64,000 nucleotides of DNA from assembly GCA_050696075.1 (NCBI GenBank), contig JBOGUF010000018.1, forward strand, positions 232-64,231, given 5' to 3'. The translations under genes and the position numbers were made by a program. How positions within the stretch are numbered: the first letter of the stretch is position 1; each line of letters begins with the position of its first letter. Under the pieces are notes generated by a model that saw nothing but the letters and a program-made list of their open reading frames with translations, made no database searches and had not been told where the DNA came from. This DNA comes from Thermomicrobiales bacterium (GTDB taxonomy: Bacteria > Chloroflexota > Chloroflexia > Thermomicrobiales > UBA6265). This document shows, piece after piece, positions 29,060 through 37,468 of this stretch.

Positions 29060-29065
29060 CCGGCC

Positions 29066-29182
29066 ATGAACGAGCAGACGTTGACCGACCGGATCGAACA
29101 AGCAACGGTGTCCCTGACTCCCTGTGCTGGGGTCATGAAGATGGTGATGCTTGTGCCTGTCGGTCCGAGGATGAGCGGGTAG
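29066..29182 (+). CDS. candidate leaderless Met-rich leader peptide (38 aa) upstream of metG
   Basis: The peptide is MNEQTLTDRIEQATVSLTPCAGVMKMVMLVPVGPRMSG, with Met at positions 24, 26, 28 and 36. It lies between the candidate promoter and a terminator. This is a hypothesis only. Confidence 0.3.
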   Translation: MNEQTLTDRIEQATVSLTPCAGVMKMVMLVPVGPRMSG

Positions 29183-29225
29183 AGCGGTCGTCGCCCGCGC
29201 ACCTCAACTCGAACCGACAGGCAGG

Positions 29226-29256
29226 CGGGAGCAGTCAGGCTCCCGTTTCCTTTTGT
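29226..29256 (+). terminator. intrinsic terminator-like hairpin in the metG 5' leader
   Basis: The stem CGGGAGC (29226-29232) pairs with GCTCCCG (29239-29245) around a 6-nt loop, followed by TTTCCTTTTGT. No plus-strand gene lies upstream of it. It ends about 60 nt before the metG ATG. Confidence 0.55.
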
Positions 29257-29315
29257 CGATTACCCATCGGACGACCCGCCACCGAAGAGAGGACACCAGA
29301 CAGGAAGCAACCGCC

Positions 29316-30887
29316 ATGAGCGTCACCACGCGATCGGGGCCAACGCCCTTTTACATCACGACCGCCATCGACTACCCCAACGCGCCGCCGCACATCGGGC
29401 ACTCGCTGGAGAAAGTCGCGGCGGACGTCGTTGCCCGCTACCACCGGTTGATCGGCGACGACACTGCCTACACTATGGGGTTGGACGAGAACAGCCAGCA
29501 TGTCCTCCGCGCCGCGATTCAGAACGGCGTCACGCCGGTCGAATGGACCGACGATATGGACGTCGCCTTCCGCCGCGCCTGGGATGCGCTCGACGTCTCG
29601 CGCACCGCCTGGGTCCGCACGACCGAAGAGCGCCACTTCCGCGCCTCCCAGGAGCTCTTCCGTCGGGCACAAGCTAATGGCGACATCTACACCGCGACCT
29701 ACGCCGGCTGGTATTGCCCGAACTGCAACAACTATTACATCGACGAGGAACTGGTCGACGGGCGCTGCCCCAACCACCCGACGATCGAGCCGGACTGGCT
29801 GGAGGAGGAGAACTACTTCTTCGCCCTCAGCAACCACCAGGAGCGGCTCCGCCGCCACATCGAGGAGCACCCGGAGTTCATCACCCCGTCGGTTTGGCGG
29901 CCGGAGATGTTGGCGTTGATCGATCGCGGTCTGCGCGACTTCTCGGTCTCGCGCGCTGTCCGTCCGGGTACGACGCCCTGGGGAGTGCCCGTGCCGGGCG
30001 ACCCGAACCACGTTCTTTACGTCTGGTTCGACGCCTTAACGACCTATCTGACGGCGATCGGGTTCCCCGATGATACGGAGACGAGCGCGCGGTACTGGCC
30101 GGCCGACTCTCAGGTGATCGGCAAGGATATCCAGCGGTTCCACTGTCTCTATTGGCCGGCGATGCTGCTGTCGTCGGGTCTGCCGCTGCCGCGGCGGGTC
30201 ATCGTCCACGGTTTCATCACCGTCGAGGGGCAGCGCATCTCGAAGACGACGGGCAACGTTATCGATCCGGTCAAGCTGGTGGAAGAGTTCGGCGTCGACC
30301 CGGTCCGTTACTACCTGATGCGGGATATCACGTTTCGGTCGGACGGCGACTTCTCGCGGGCGAACCTGATTCGCCGCCACAACGACGACCTGGGCAACGA
30401 CCTGGGCAACCTGCTCAACCGGGTCGTGGCAATGGTCGGCCGCTATCGAGATGGACGTGTGCCGGAACCCGGCGAGCCGGGCGAGCCGGAGGTGGACTTG
30501 CGGCGCGTGGCGGAGGAGGCGCGAGACCGGGCGGCGGAGCAGATCGAAGCGTGGGAACTCGACCGGGCGCTGGAGTCGCTGTGGACGTTGGTGCGGCGGG
30601 CCAATCAATATCTTGAAGCGCGGCAACCCTGGAAGCTGGCCAAGCAACCAGAGGCGGCTCAAACGCTGGAGACGACCCTCTGGACGGCGGCCGAAGCGAC
30701 CCGGCTAGTGGCGATCTTCCTCGCGCCATACGTTCCAGCCACAAGCGACAAGATCGTCCACCAGCTTGGGCTGGAGCCGATTAAGGCCGGCGCCTGGGCG
30801 AACGCCGGGCAGTGGGGAGCGGCGACGTTCGGCGCGGTGAACCTGGCCGGGCCGATCTTTCCCCGAATCGAAGTCGCTACCGTCTGA
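29316..30887 (+). CDS. metG: methionyl-tRNA synthetase
   Basis: It has the class I HIGH motif (PPHIGHSLE), a zinc knuckle (CPNCNNYY...GRCPNH) and the KMSKS variant RISKTTG. The start was chosen at MSVTTRSGPTPFYITT (ATG 29316) within track ORF 29253..30887. Confidence 0.95.
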   Translation: MSVTTRSGPTPFYITTAIDYPNAPPHIGHSLEKVAADVVARYHRLIGDDTAYTMGLDENSQHVLRAAIQNGVTPVEWTDDMDVAFRRAWDALDVSRTAWVRTTEERHFRASQELFRRAQANGDIYTATYAGWYCPNCNNYYIDEELVDGRCPNHPTIEPDWLEEENYFFALSNHQERLRRHIEEHPEFITPSVWRPEMLALIDRGLRDFSVSRAVRPGTTPWGVPVPGDPNHVLYVWFDALTTYLTAIGFPDDTETSARYWPADSQVIGKDIQRFHCLYWPAMLLSSGLPLPRRVIVHGFITVEGQRISKTTGNVIDPVKLVEEFGVDPVRYYLMRDITFRSDGDFSRANLIRRHNDDLGNDLGNLLNRVVAMVGRYRDGRVPEPGEPGEPEVDLRRVAEEARDRAAEQIEAWELDRALESLWTLVRRANQYLEARQPWKLAKQPEAAQTLETTLWTAAEATRLVAIFLAPYVPATSDKIVHQLGLEPIKAGAWANAGQWGAATFGAVNLAGPIFPRIEVATV

Positions 30888-30918
30888 GTCGCAACGCGAA
30901 TGGCGAGGCATATGGTTC

Positions 30919-30946
30919 GCGGTCGGACTGAACTCAGTCCGACCGC
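30919..30946 (+). terminator. perfect 12-bp hairpin downstream of metG
   Basis: GCGGTCGGACTG-AACT-CAGTCCGACCGC lies 32 nt after the metG stop. No U-tract follows, so its terminator function is uncertain. Confidence 0.4.
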
Positions 30947-31000
30947 GCTCCGTTCGGGCACGTTCCTTGCAGGAGAGTGCGGCGGACTGTAGCGACGGCG

Positions 31001-31030
31001 GTTGACAACCGTTTCGCGGCGTTGCTAGCA
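31001..31030 (+). promoter_or_regulatory. candidate promoter TTGACA-18 nt-TAGCAT
   Basis: Read directly upstream of the solute-binding-protein gene at 31169. Confidence 0.3.
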
Positions 31031-31168
31031 TCCGGCAATTCCGCACGCGGCGTGATTCCTGGATCCTTGGGTCGTTCCGGCGTCAGGCGACGTCGGGCGT
31101 GGTTGGCGGGATCGGACCGGCGGTTGCCGGGCCTTTCCGCATCCTCAGAGACGTGAAGGAGCAGCGCA

Positions 31169-32506
31169 ATGGCGCACAATCAGCGGCTGAACGGCTTCAT
31201 CGACGATCTCCTGGCGGGCCGGACGAACCGCCGGACCCTCATGCGACGCGGCGCGGCGTTCGGCATCGGCGTGCCGGCGCTGGCGACTTTTGCGGGCGGC
31301 CGGGGTGTGATTGCCCAGGATGGCGGCACCGTGACCTTTAGCGCCTACGTAGGCGGCAATCCGGTCGCTCAAGAGCGTCTAGAGAATGCGGTCGCGGGCT
31401 TCGAGGAAAACAGCGGGATCGACGTCGAGCTCAACATCGTCGAGCACGAGGCGTTCAAGCAAGCGATTCGCACCTACCTCGCCTCCGACGATCCGCCCGA
31501 TGTCCTAACCTGGTTCGCCGGCAACCGAGCGCGCTTCTTTATCGACCGGGGTCTGATCATGCCGGTCGACGACCTTTTCCAGGAGCAGGGCTGGGAAGAG
31601 GCCTATCCCCAGGGGATCCTCGCGGTCTCGAAGGGCAGCGATGACCAGTATTACTTCGTGCCGACGAGCTACTATCACTGGGGGATCTTCTATCGCAAGA
31701 GCATCTTCGAGCAAGTCGGCATCGAAACGCCGCCGCGGACCTGGGACGAGTTGCTCGCCGCCGTCGACCAATTGAAGGAGGCCGGGATCACCCCGTTCAC
31801 GATCGGCACCAACCAGCCATGGACGGCGGCTGGGTGGTTCGACTACCTCAACATGCGGGTTAACGGTCCGGAGTTCCACATCCAGCTCACCGATGGTGAG
31901 GTCGCCTACAACTCGCCTGAGGTCAAGGAAACCTTCGCGCGCTGGCGAGAGCTGCTGGACAAGGATGCCTTCATCGCACAGCCCGAAGCCCTGAGCTGGC
32001 AGGATGCTGTCAGCCCGATGGTCAACGGAGAGGCGGCGATGTACCTGATTGGCCGATTCCTTTTCGATGCCTACCCACAAGAGGACCAGGCCGATGTCGA
32101 CTTCTTCCAGTTCCCGCGGATCACCGAAGGTGTCCCGGTCGGCGAGGACGCACCGACCGACGGCTACTTCGCGAGCGCGAAAGCGACGAATGTCGACGAG
32201 GCGAAGCAGCTTTTGACCTTCTTCGGTTCGGCCGAATACCAGCAATCGCAGGCCGAGGTCGGTGGCAGCCCGGCGGTCCACCAGGAGGTACCGCTGGACA
32301 TCTACGACCCGCTGACGCGCAAGGGCATCGAGATGCTCCAGCAGGCCGACTACATCGCCCAGTTTTACGATCGCGACACGCATCCGGACATGGCCGAACG
32401 CGGCATGAACGCCTTCATCCAGTTCTGGAACAACCGCGACGACGTCGACCAGATCCTCGATACCCTCGACGTGGAACGCCAGCGCGTCTTTGAAGCGGAC
32501 GAGTGA
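31169..32506 (+). CDS. ABC transporter solute-binding protein (carbohydrate/nucleoside-type)
   Basis: It has a Tat-type signal (RRTLMRRGAAFGIGVPALATFAGG). The 445-aa sequence is typical of a binding protein, and two permease genes and a nucleoside hydrolase follow. Confidence 0.85.
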   Translation: MAHNQRLNGFIDDLLAGRTNRRTLMRRGAAFGIGVPALATFAGGRGVIAQDGGTVTFSAYVGGNPVAQERLENAVAGFEENSGIDVELNIVEHEAFKQAIRTYLASDDPPDVLTWFAGNRARFFIDRGLIMPVDDLFQEQGWEEAYPQGILAVSKGSDDQYYFVPTSYYHWGIFYRKSIFEQVGIETPPRTWDELLAAVDQLKEAGITPFTIGTNQPWTAAGWFDYLNMRVNGPEFHIQLTDGEVAYNSPEVKETFARWRELLDKDAFIAQPEALSWQDAVSPMVNGEAAMYLIGRFLFDAYPQEDQADVDFFQFPRITEGVPVGEDAPTDGYFASAKATNVDEAKQLLTFFGSAEYQQSQAEVGGSPAVHQEVPLDIYDPLTRKGIEMLQQADYIAQFYDRDTHPDMAERGMNAFIQFWNNRDDVDQILDTLDVERQRVFEADE

Positions 32507-32508
32507 TT

Positions 32509-32543
32509 AGGCGGTAGACGGCAGGCGACGGGCGACAGGCGTT
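32509..32543. repeat. tandem heptamers GGCGRYA-like x5 (ggcggta gacggca ggcgacg ggcgaca ggcgttc)
   Basis: Read directly, starting immediately after the binding-protein stop codon. Confidence 0.6.
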
Positions 32544-32613
32544 CTCGTCGTGGGAGGGGAGGATCTACTCCTCACGGCCAATACATCCCTACCGCCTCGA
32601 CGGAGATTGAGCC

Positions 32614-33582
32614 ATGGCTCAGGTTACCGGTGAAGGCACGCGAGTCCCCATCGGTGCATCAACCCCGGCCGCGGCGGCTGGAGCCGCCGCGGCGCGGACA
32701 GGGCGCGCCGGCACCGTCCGCGCGCATTGGACGCCCTACCTCTTCCTCGCGTTCCCGGTTGCCCTCTACGCCGTTTGGGTGATCGGGCCGATGATCTACT
32801 CCTTTTACATGAGCCTAACCAACTCCGATGGGGTGACGCAGCAGGACTTCATCGGCCTCGAGAACTATCGCCGTCTCGTCGACGATCACGTCTTCCGGAC
32901 CGCGCTGATGAACAACGTCAAGTGGCTCGTTGCGTTCATCACGGTCCCCGTCGTTTGCGGTCTCGGCCTGGCGGTGTTGCTGAACAATCACCTGCCCGGC
33001 GTCCGCTTCATCAAGGCCGGTTTCTATTCGCCGATGGTCCTCTCGAGCGTCGTCATCGGCGTTGTCTGGATCTGGATGTATCAACCAGACGGCCTGATCA
33101 ATACCACCGTCGAGCTTCTCGGCTACGGCGGGCAGCGGATCGGCTGGCTTTCCAATCCGGACTTGGTGACGTGGTCGATTATCGGCGCCGCAATGTGGCG
33201 GCAGATCGCCTACGTGATGCTGATCTACCTGGCCGGTCTGAAGAACGTCGACCCGACGTTGGTCGAAGCGGCCCGGGTCGACGGCGCCAGTTCTTTTCAG
33301 AGCTTCCGCCAGATCGTCTTACCGCTGCTCCAGCCCGTGACGGTGATCGTCATCGTTATCTCGATCATTGATGCCCTGCGTGCCTTCGACCTGGTCAACG
33401 TCATGACCCGCGGCGGCCCCTACAATCAGTCGGACGTCCTCGCCAACATGATGTACATCGAGGCGTTCAACAACTACAACATGGGCTACGGCGCCTCGAT
33501 CGCGGTCATCCTGACGCTGATCACGATGGTCTTCATCTTTGCCTACTTGCGGCGGATGCTGAAGGACGAGCTGGAGTATTGA
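32614..33582 (+). CDS. carbohydrate ABC transporter permease (MalF-like)
   Basis: It has an EAA loop (LKNVDPTLVEAARVDGASSFQSFRQIVLP) and multiple TM spans. Confidence 0.85.
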   Translation: MAQVTGEGTRVPIGASTPAAAAGAAAARTGRAGTVRAHWTPYLFLAFPVALYAVWVIGPMIYSFYMSLTNSDGVTQQDFIGLENYRRLVDDHVFRTALMNNVKWLVAFITVPVVCGLGLAVLLNNHLPGVRFIKAGFYSPMVLSSVVIGVVWIWMYQPDGLINTTVELLGYGGQRIGWLSNPDLVTWSIIGAAMWRQIAYVMLIYLAGLKNVDPTLVEAARVDGASSFQSFRQIVLPLLQPVTVIVIVISIIDALRAFDLVNVMTRGGPYNQSDVLANMMYIEAFNNYNMGYGASIAVILTLITMVFIFAYLRRMLKDELEY

Positions 33583-33688
33583 ATGAGCCGTCAGCTATCA
33601 GCGTGCAGCCGCGATCGCCCAACGAACTACTCACGGACTCGCGACTCACGTCTAGCTGACGGCTGACGCCTTCATCGGGAGAGCGGGA
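33583..33688. repeat. intercistronic spacer built from short heptamer arrays plus a 9-bp long-range inverted repeat
   Basis: Arrays: GTCAGCT/ATCAGCG/TGCAGCC, ACTCACG(G)/ACTCGCG/ACTCACG, and GCTGACG x2. GCCGTCAGC near the 5' end is the exact reverse complement of GCTGACGGC near the 3' end. Confidence 0.55.
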
Positions 33689-34540
33689 ATGGCGGCAATC
33701 GCGCCCCAGCGCAAAGCGACGTTTCCCTGGCGGGCGGTCCTGTTCTACGCCTGCCTCATCCCGCTCCTGATTACCTGGCTGACCCCCGTCTTCACCGCGC
33801 TCGTCACGTCGCTCCGTTCCTTCGACGACCTGATCGCGGACGGGCCGTGGAGCCTGCCCACCTCCCTCGAGCTCGGCAACTTCGGCGAGGCGTGGACCGA
33901 TGGCGGTCTGCGGCAGTACCTGACCAATTCGTTCATCATCACGGTTCCCGCCCTGCTGATCACGCTTTTCCTCTCGTCGCTGGGCGCCTTCGCCCTCGCG
34001 CGTTTCCGGTTTCGAGGCAACCTCTTCATCTACTTCACCTTTGTCGGCGGGACGCTCTTGCCCTTCCAAATCTTGATGCTCCCCGTCTATCGGCTGACCA
34101 ATTTCCTCGGTCTGTACAACACCTATTGGGCGCTGATCATCTTCCACGCCGCGTTCCAACTTGGCTTCTGCACCTTCGTGCTCCGCAACTTCATGCGTAC
34201 GATTCCGGGCGAGATACTGGACGCCGCCCGCATCGACGGCGCGAGTGAGTTCCGGATCTACGGCCAGCATATCCTGCCGCTTTCGCTGCCGAGTCTCGCC
34301 GCGCTGGCGACCCTGGAGTTCACCTGGATCTTCAACGACTACCTGTGGGCATTGATCCTGATCCGGGACAACGACCTGAAGCCGGTGACCACTGGCCTGG
34401 CCAGTCTGCGGGGTGAGTACGTGGACCAGTGGAACATCCTCTTCGCGGGCACCCTCATCGCCATTATCCCAACCGTCCTCCTCTTCATCTTCCTTCAACG
34501 ATATTTCATCCAGGGGCTGACACTCGGCTCCGGCAAGTAA
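33689..34540 (+). CDS. carbohydrate ABC transporter permease (MalG-like)
   Basis: The 283-aa ORF has an EAA loop (IPGEILDAARIDGASEFRIYGQHILP). Confidence 0.9.
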   Translation: MAAIAPQRKATFPWRAVLFYACLIPLLITWLTPVFTALVTSLRSFDDLIADGPWSLPTSLELGNFGEAWTDGGLRQYLTNSFIITVPALLITLFLSSLGAFALARFRFRGNLFIYFTFVGGTLLPFQILMLPVYRLTNFLGLYNTYWALIIFHAAFQLGFCTFVLRNFMRTIPGEILDAARIDGASEFRIYGQHILPLSLPSLAALATLEFTWIFNDYLWALILIRDNDLKPVTTGLASLRGEYVDQWNILFAGTLIAIIPTVLLFIFLQRYFIQGLTLGSGK

Positions 34541-34570
34541 TCCATCTCCTTTCTTGAAGGAGCAGTTCGA

Positions 34571-35470
34571 TTGCCGACGCGTCTGATCCTGGACACCGAC
34601 ATTGGCACCGACGTCGACGATTGCCTGGCGCTGGCGGTCATCCTGGGTTCGCCCGAGATTGAGCTCGTGGGCGTCACCTGTGTCTACGGCGACGTCGCCT
34701 TGCGTGGTCGGATGGTGCGTAAGCTGCTGCGATTGAAGAGGCGAGACGACGTCCCGGTCTATCTCGGAGCAGATGACTCGCTGCTTGGGTTGCGGCCGAT
34801 CCACTGGCCAGGGCACGAGGGGGTCGGCCTGCTTGAAGAGTCCGATGAGGGACTGGAACCAACGCCAGGCCGGGCCGTCGACTTCATTGTCGAATCGGTC
34901 ATGGCGAACCCCGGCCAGATCCATCTGCTGGCGATCGGGCCGCTGACGAACGTCGCCATCGCCCTGAAGGTCGAACCACGGATCGCGGAACGCCTCGCGC
35001 ACCTGACGATCATGGGCGGGGTACGGCACAGTGCGCGGACAATTGCGGAGCACAACATCGTGTGCGACCCAGAGGCGGCACAGATCGTGGTCAGTTCGGG
35101 CGCACCAACCACGCTCGTCCCGCTCGACGTGACGTTGCGGGTCACGATCGATCAAGTCGGTGTGGAACAGGTGCGGCGGGCCGGCACGCCGTTTCACGAC
35201 GCGGTCGCCCGACAGGTGGAACTCTATCCTCGTTTCCGCGAGCGTGGAACGACCTACTTGCACGACCCGCTCGCCGCGGCCATTGTTGTACGGCCGGAGT
35301 TGGCGACGCTGACCTCGCTTCGCGTCGACGTCGAGACGGGCGGTCGCCTTTCCGCCGGAGCCAGCCTCATGCGCGAGCCGTCGGTCGATACGCCGGCGAA
35401 CGCGGCCGTCGCACTCGACGTCGACGTGGCGGCGGCCGAGGCGTTCATTATCGAACGGATCGCCAATTGA
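34571..35470 (+). CDS. nucleoside hydrolase (inosine-uridine preferring, IUNH family)
   Basis: It has the N-terminal aspartate cluster LILDTDIGTDVDDCLALA, and HDPLAAA near the C-terminus. The start is TTG. Confidence 0.85.
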   Translation: MPTRLILDTDIGTDVDDCLALAVILGSPEIELVGVTCVYGDVALRGRMVRKLLRLKRRDDVPVYLGADDSLLGLRPIHWPGHEGVGLLEESDEGLEPTPGRAVDFIVESVMANPGQIHLLAIGPLTNVAIALKVEPRIAERLAHLTIMGGVRHSARTIAEHNIVCDPEAAQIVVSSGAPTTLVPLDVTLRVTIDQVGVEQVRRAGTPFHDAVARQVELYPRFRERGTTYLHDPLAAAIVVRPELATLTSLRVDVETGGRLSAGASLMREPSVDTPANAAVALDVDVAAAEAFIIERIAN

Positions 35471-35525
35471 ACGTGCTGCATTCGACGCCAGGACAACGGG
35501 CGCGAGGGCACATTGCCGAAAGTGC

Positions 35526-36476
35526 TCATCGGCCCTGGTAAAAGACCCAGCGTGACGATGAGCGCATCACGACGAGGGTCACGACCATGATGATAACGAA
35601 GAGGATCCAGGCCATAGCTGAGGCATAGCCCATCTTGAAGTAGTCGAACGCGTTGCTGTACAGGTACAGACCGTAGGTCATCGTCGAGTCCGCCGGTCCA
35701 CCCTGGGTGATGACGTACGGCTCGACGAAATATTGAAACCCGTGAATCAGGCCGATGATCGAGTTGAAGAGGATCACGGGCGTGAGGAGCGGGATGGTGA
35801 CGTGGAGCAATCGACGCCAGGCCGATGCGCCATCCAATGCAGCGGCCTCGTAGAGCTCCGTCGGGATGTCTTGTAGTCCTGCCAGGTAGATGATCATCGC
35901 GTTGCCAAGCCCCCACAGCCCGACGATGATCAGCCCGGGCATGGCCCAGGTCGGATCGCTGAACCATCCGAGCGTCGGCAAGCCGACCTTCTCCAGGACG
36001 AAGTTCAGCAGGCCGTAGGTGGGGTGAAGGAGGTAAATCCAGATCACCGAAACGGCGACCAGCGGCACGATCGAGGGCATGTAGAAGATCGTGCGATACA
36101 CCGTCTGGCCCGTGAGTCGCTGGTTCAGCAGCAAGGCAAGGCCAATTGCGCAGACTGTGCCGATCGCCACTGAGGCCAGCGTGTAGTAGACGGTGTTCTT
36201 GAGCGATGTCCAGAAGAGCGCATCGTTAATCAACTCTCGATAGTTGTCGAGGCCAACGAACTCCCCGGGGGAGAGGAGCGTCGTGTCACGGAAGCTGTAG
36301 TAGAGGGACGCGAAGAACGGGTAGACCTGAAAGGCGAGCGTGCCGACGATCCACGGGCTTATGAACGCCAACCCGGTGAGCAGCTTTCGCAGCGACTTCC
36401 GGCGCCGGCTCTTGAGCGGCGGCACGGCAACATCCACTTCGGGGATCAAGGATGAAGTGATTGCTGGACTCGACAC
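35526..36476 (-). CDS. carbohydrate ABC transporter permease (MalF-like)
   Basis: The 316-aa ORF has an EAA loop (LQDIPTELYEAAALDGASAWRRLLHVTIP). Confidence 0.9.
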   Translation of the reverse strand: MSSPAITSSLIPEVDVAVPPLKSRRRKSLRKLLTGLAFISPWIVGTLAFQVYPFFASLYYSFRDTTLLSPGEFVGLDNYRELINDALFWTSLKNTVYYTLASVAIGTVCAIGLALLLNQRLTGQTVYRTIFYMPSIVPLVAVSVIWIYLLHPTYGLLNFVLEKVGLPTLGWFSDPTWAMPGLIIVGLWGLGNAMIIYLAGLQDIPTELYEAAALDGASAWRRLLHVTIPLLTPVILFNSIIGLIHGFQYFVEPYVITQGGPADSTMTYGLYLYSNAFDYFKMGYASAMAWILFVIIMVVTLVVMRSSSRWVFYQGR

Positions 36477-36494
36477 TTCCCGCCTCCCTGCACC

Positions 36495-37397
36495 CTAGCC
36501 TTTGAGGCCCGAAGTAGCAATGCCCTGGATGAAGAACCGCTGGGCTACGAGGAAGGCGACGAGGACAGGGACGACGACCATTGTGGCGACGGCCATGATT
36601 TGCCCGAACTGGCTCAGGCCAAGGGCAGACTGCATGTTGGCAAGGCCCAGCGATAGCGTCCACTTCGCCTCATCATTGAGGTAGAGCAATGGCCCCAGGA
36701 AGTCCTTCCAAGAAAAGAGGAACTGGAAAAGCGCTACCGTGATCAGCGCCGGTTTGGCGAGGGGCACAACGATCTGCCACAGGATCTGAATCTCCGACGC
36801 TCCTTCGAGCCGGGCCGCGTCGGTGAAGTCGCGCGGAATCCCGTTGAAAAACTGGCGCAGCAGGAAGATGTAAAACGCGTGCCCGAAGAAGTAGGGCACG
36901 GTCAGCGGCAGCACTGAATTGGTCCAGCCGAGCTGGGAAAAGACGATAAAGAGCGGAATCATCGTCACCTGAAACGGCAGCATGAGCGAGGCAAGTACGA
37001 CGACGAACATCGTGTCACGCCCCGGCCACTCCAGCCGGGAAAAGCCGTAGGCGACGAGCGTACTGGAGATCAGGGAGCCGAAGATCGTCAGCGCGCTGAT
37101 AACCGCAGTGTTCCACGTATAGCGGAGGAATGGCACGACGTCGAGCGCACCCGAGTAGTTCGACCACTGGATCGGGTTCGGGATCCAGGTCGGCGGCCAG
37201 GCAAGGATCTGCTCGTTGGATTTCAGCGACGTCGAAATCATCCAGAGGAACGGCAGGATAAAGGCGGCGCTAAGTAGGATGAGCGCCGCGTGCCGCAAGA
37301 CCGTTCCGGCGGGCCGACGCAGCCGGTCCCACGTCGCACGGCCGCGTGCCGATGTATCGGTCGACGGGGCGGTGTCCAGCTTGGTCAGGGTTGCCAC
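36495..37397 (-). CDS. carbohydrate ABC transporter permease (MalG-like)
   Basis: The 300-aa ORF has an EAA loop (IPRDFTDAARLEGASEIQILWQIVVP). Confidence 0.9.
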   Translation of the reverse strand: MATLTKLDTAPSTDTSARGRATWDRLRRPAGTVLRHAALILLSAAFILPFLWMISTSLKSNEQILAWPPTWIPNPIQWSNYSGALDVVPFLRYTWNTAVISALTIFGSLISSTLVAYGFSRLEWPGRDTMFVVVLASLMLPFQVTMIPLFIVFSQLGWTNSVLPLTVPYFFGHAFYIFLLRQFFNGIPRDFTDAARLEGASEIQILWQIVVPLAKPALITVALFQFLFSWKDFLGPLLYLNDEAKWTLSLGLANMQSALGLSQFGQIMAVATMVVVPVLVAFLVAQRFFIQGIATSGLKG

Positions 37398-37468
37398 AAC
37401 GAACCTCCGGCGACGACAGTCGTCGGGCGGGGCACTCGTTGCGCGCCCCGCCGATTGTTCCCCCGAAC

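Noticed and set aside
28977-29315. A T-box riboswitch upstream of metG.
   Set aside because: There is no recognisable T-box sequence (GGGTGGTACCGCG-like) and no Stem I specifier architecture. The distance from any GA/K-turn-like motif to the terminator is too short. The leader-peptide hypothesis fits the sequence better.
33533-35263. A 576-aa minus-strand ORF.
   Set aside because: It is antisense to an ABC permease and a nucleoside hydrolase, both with clear motifs. The composition is Arg/Asp/Gln-rich with no recognisable domain.
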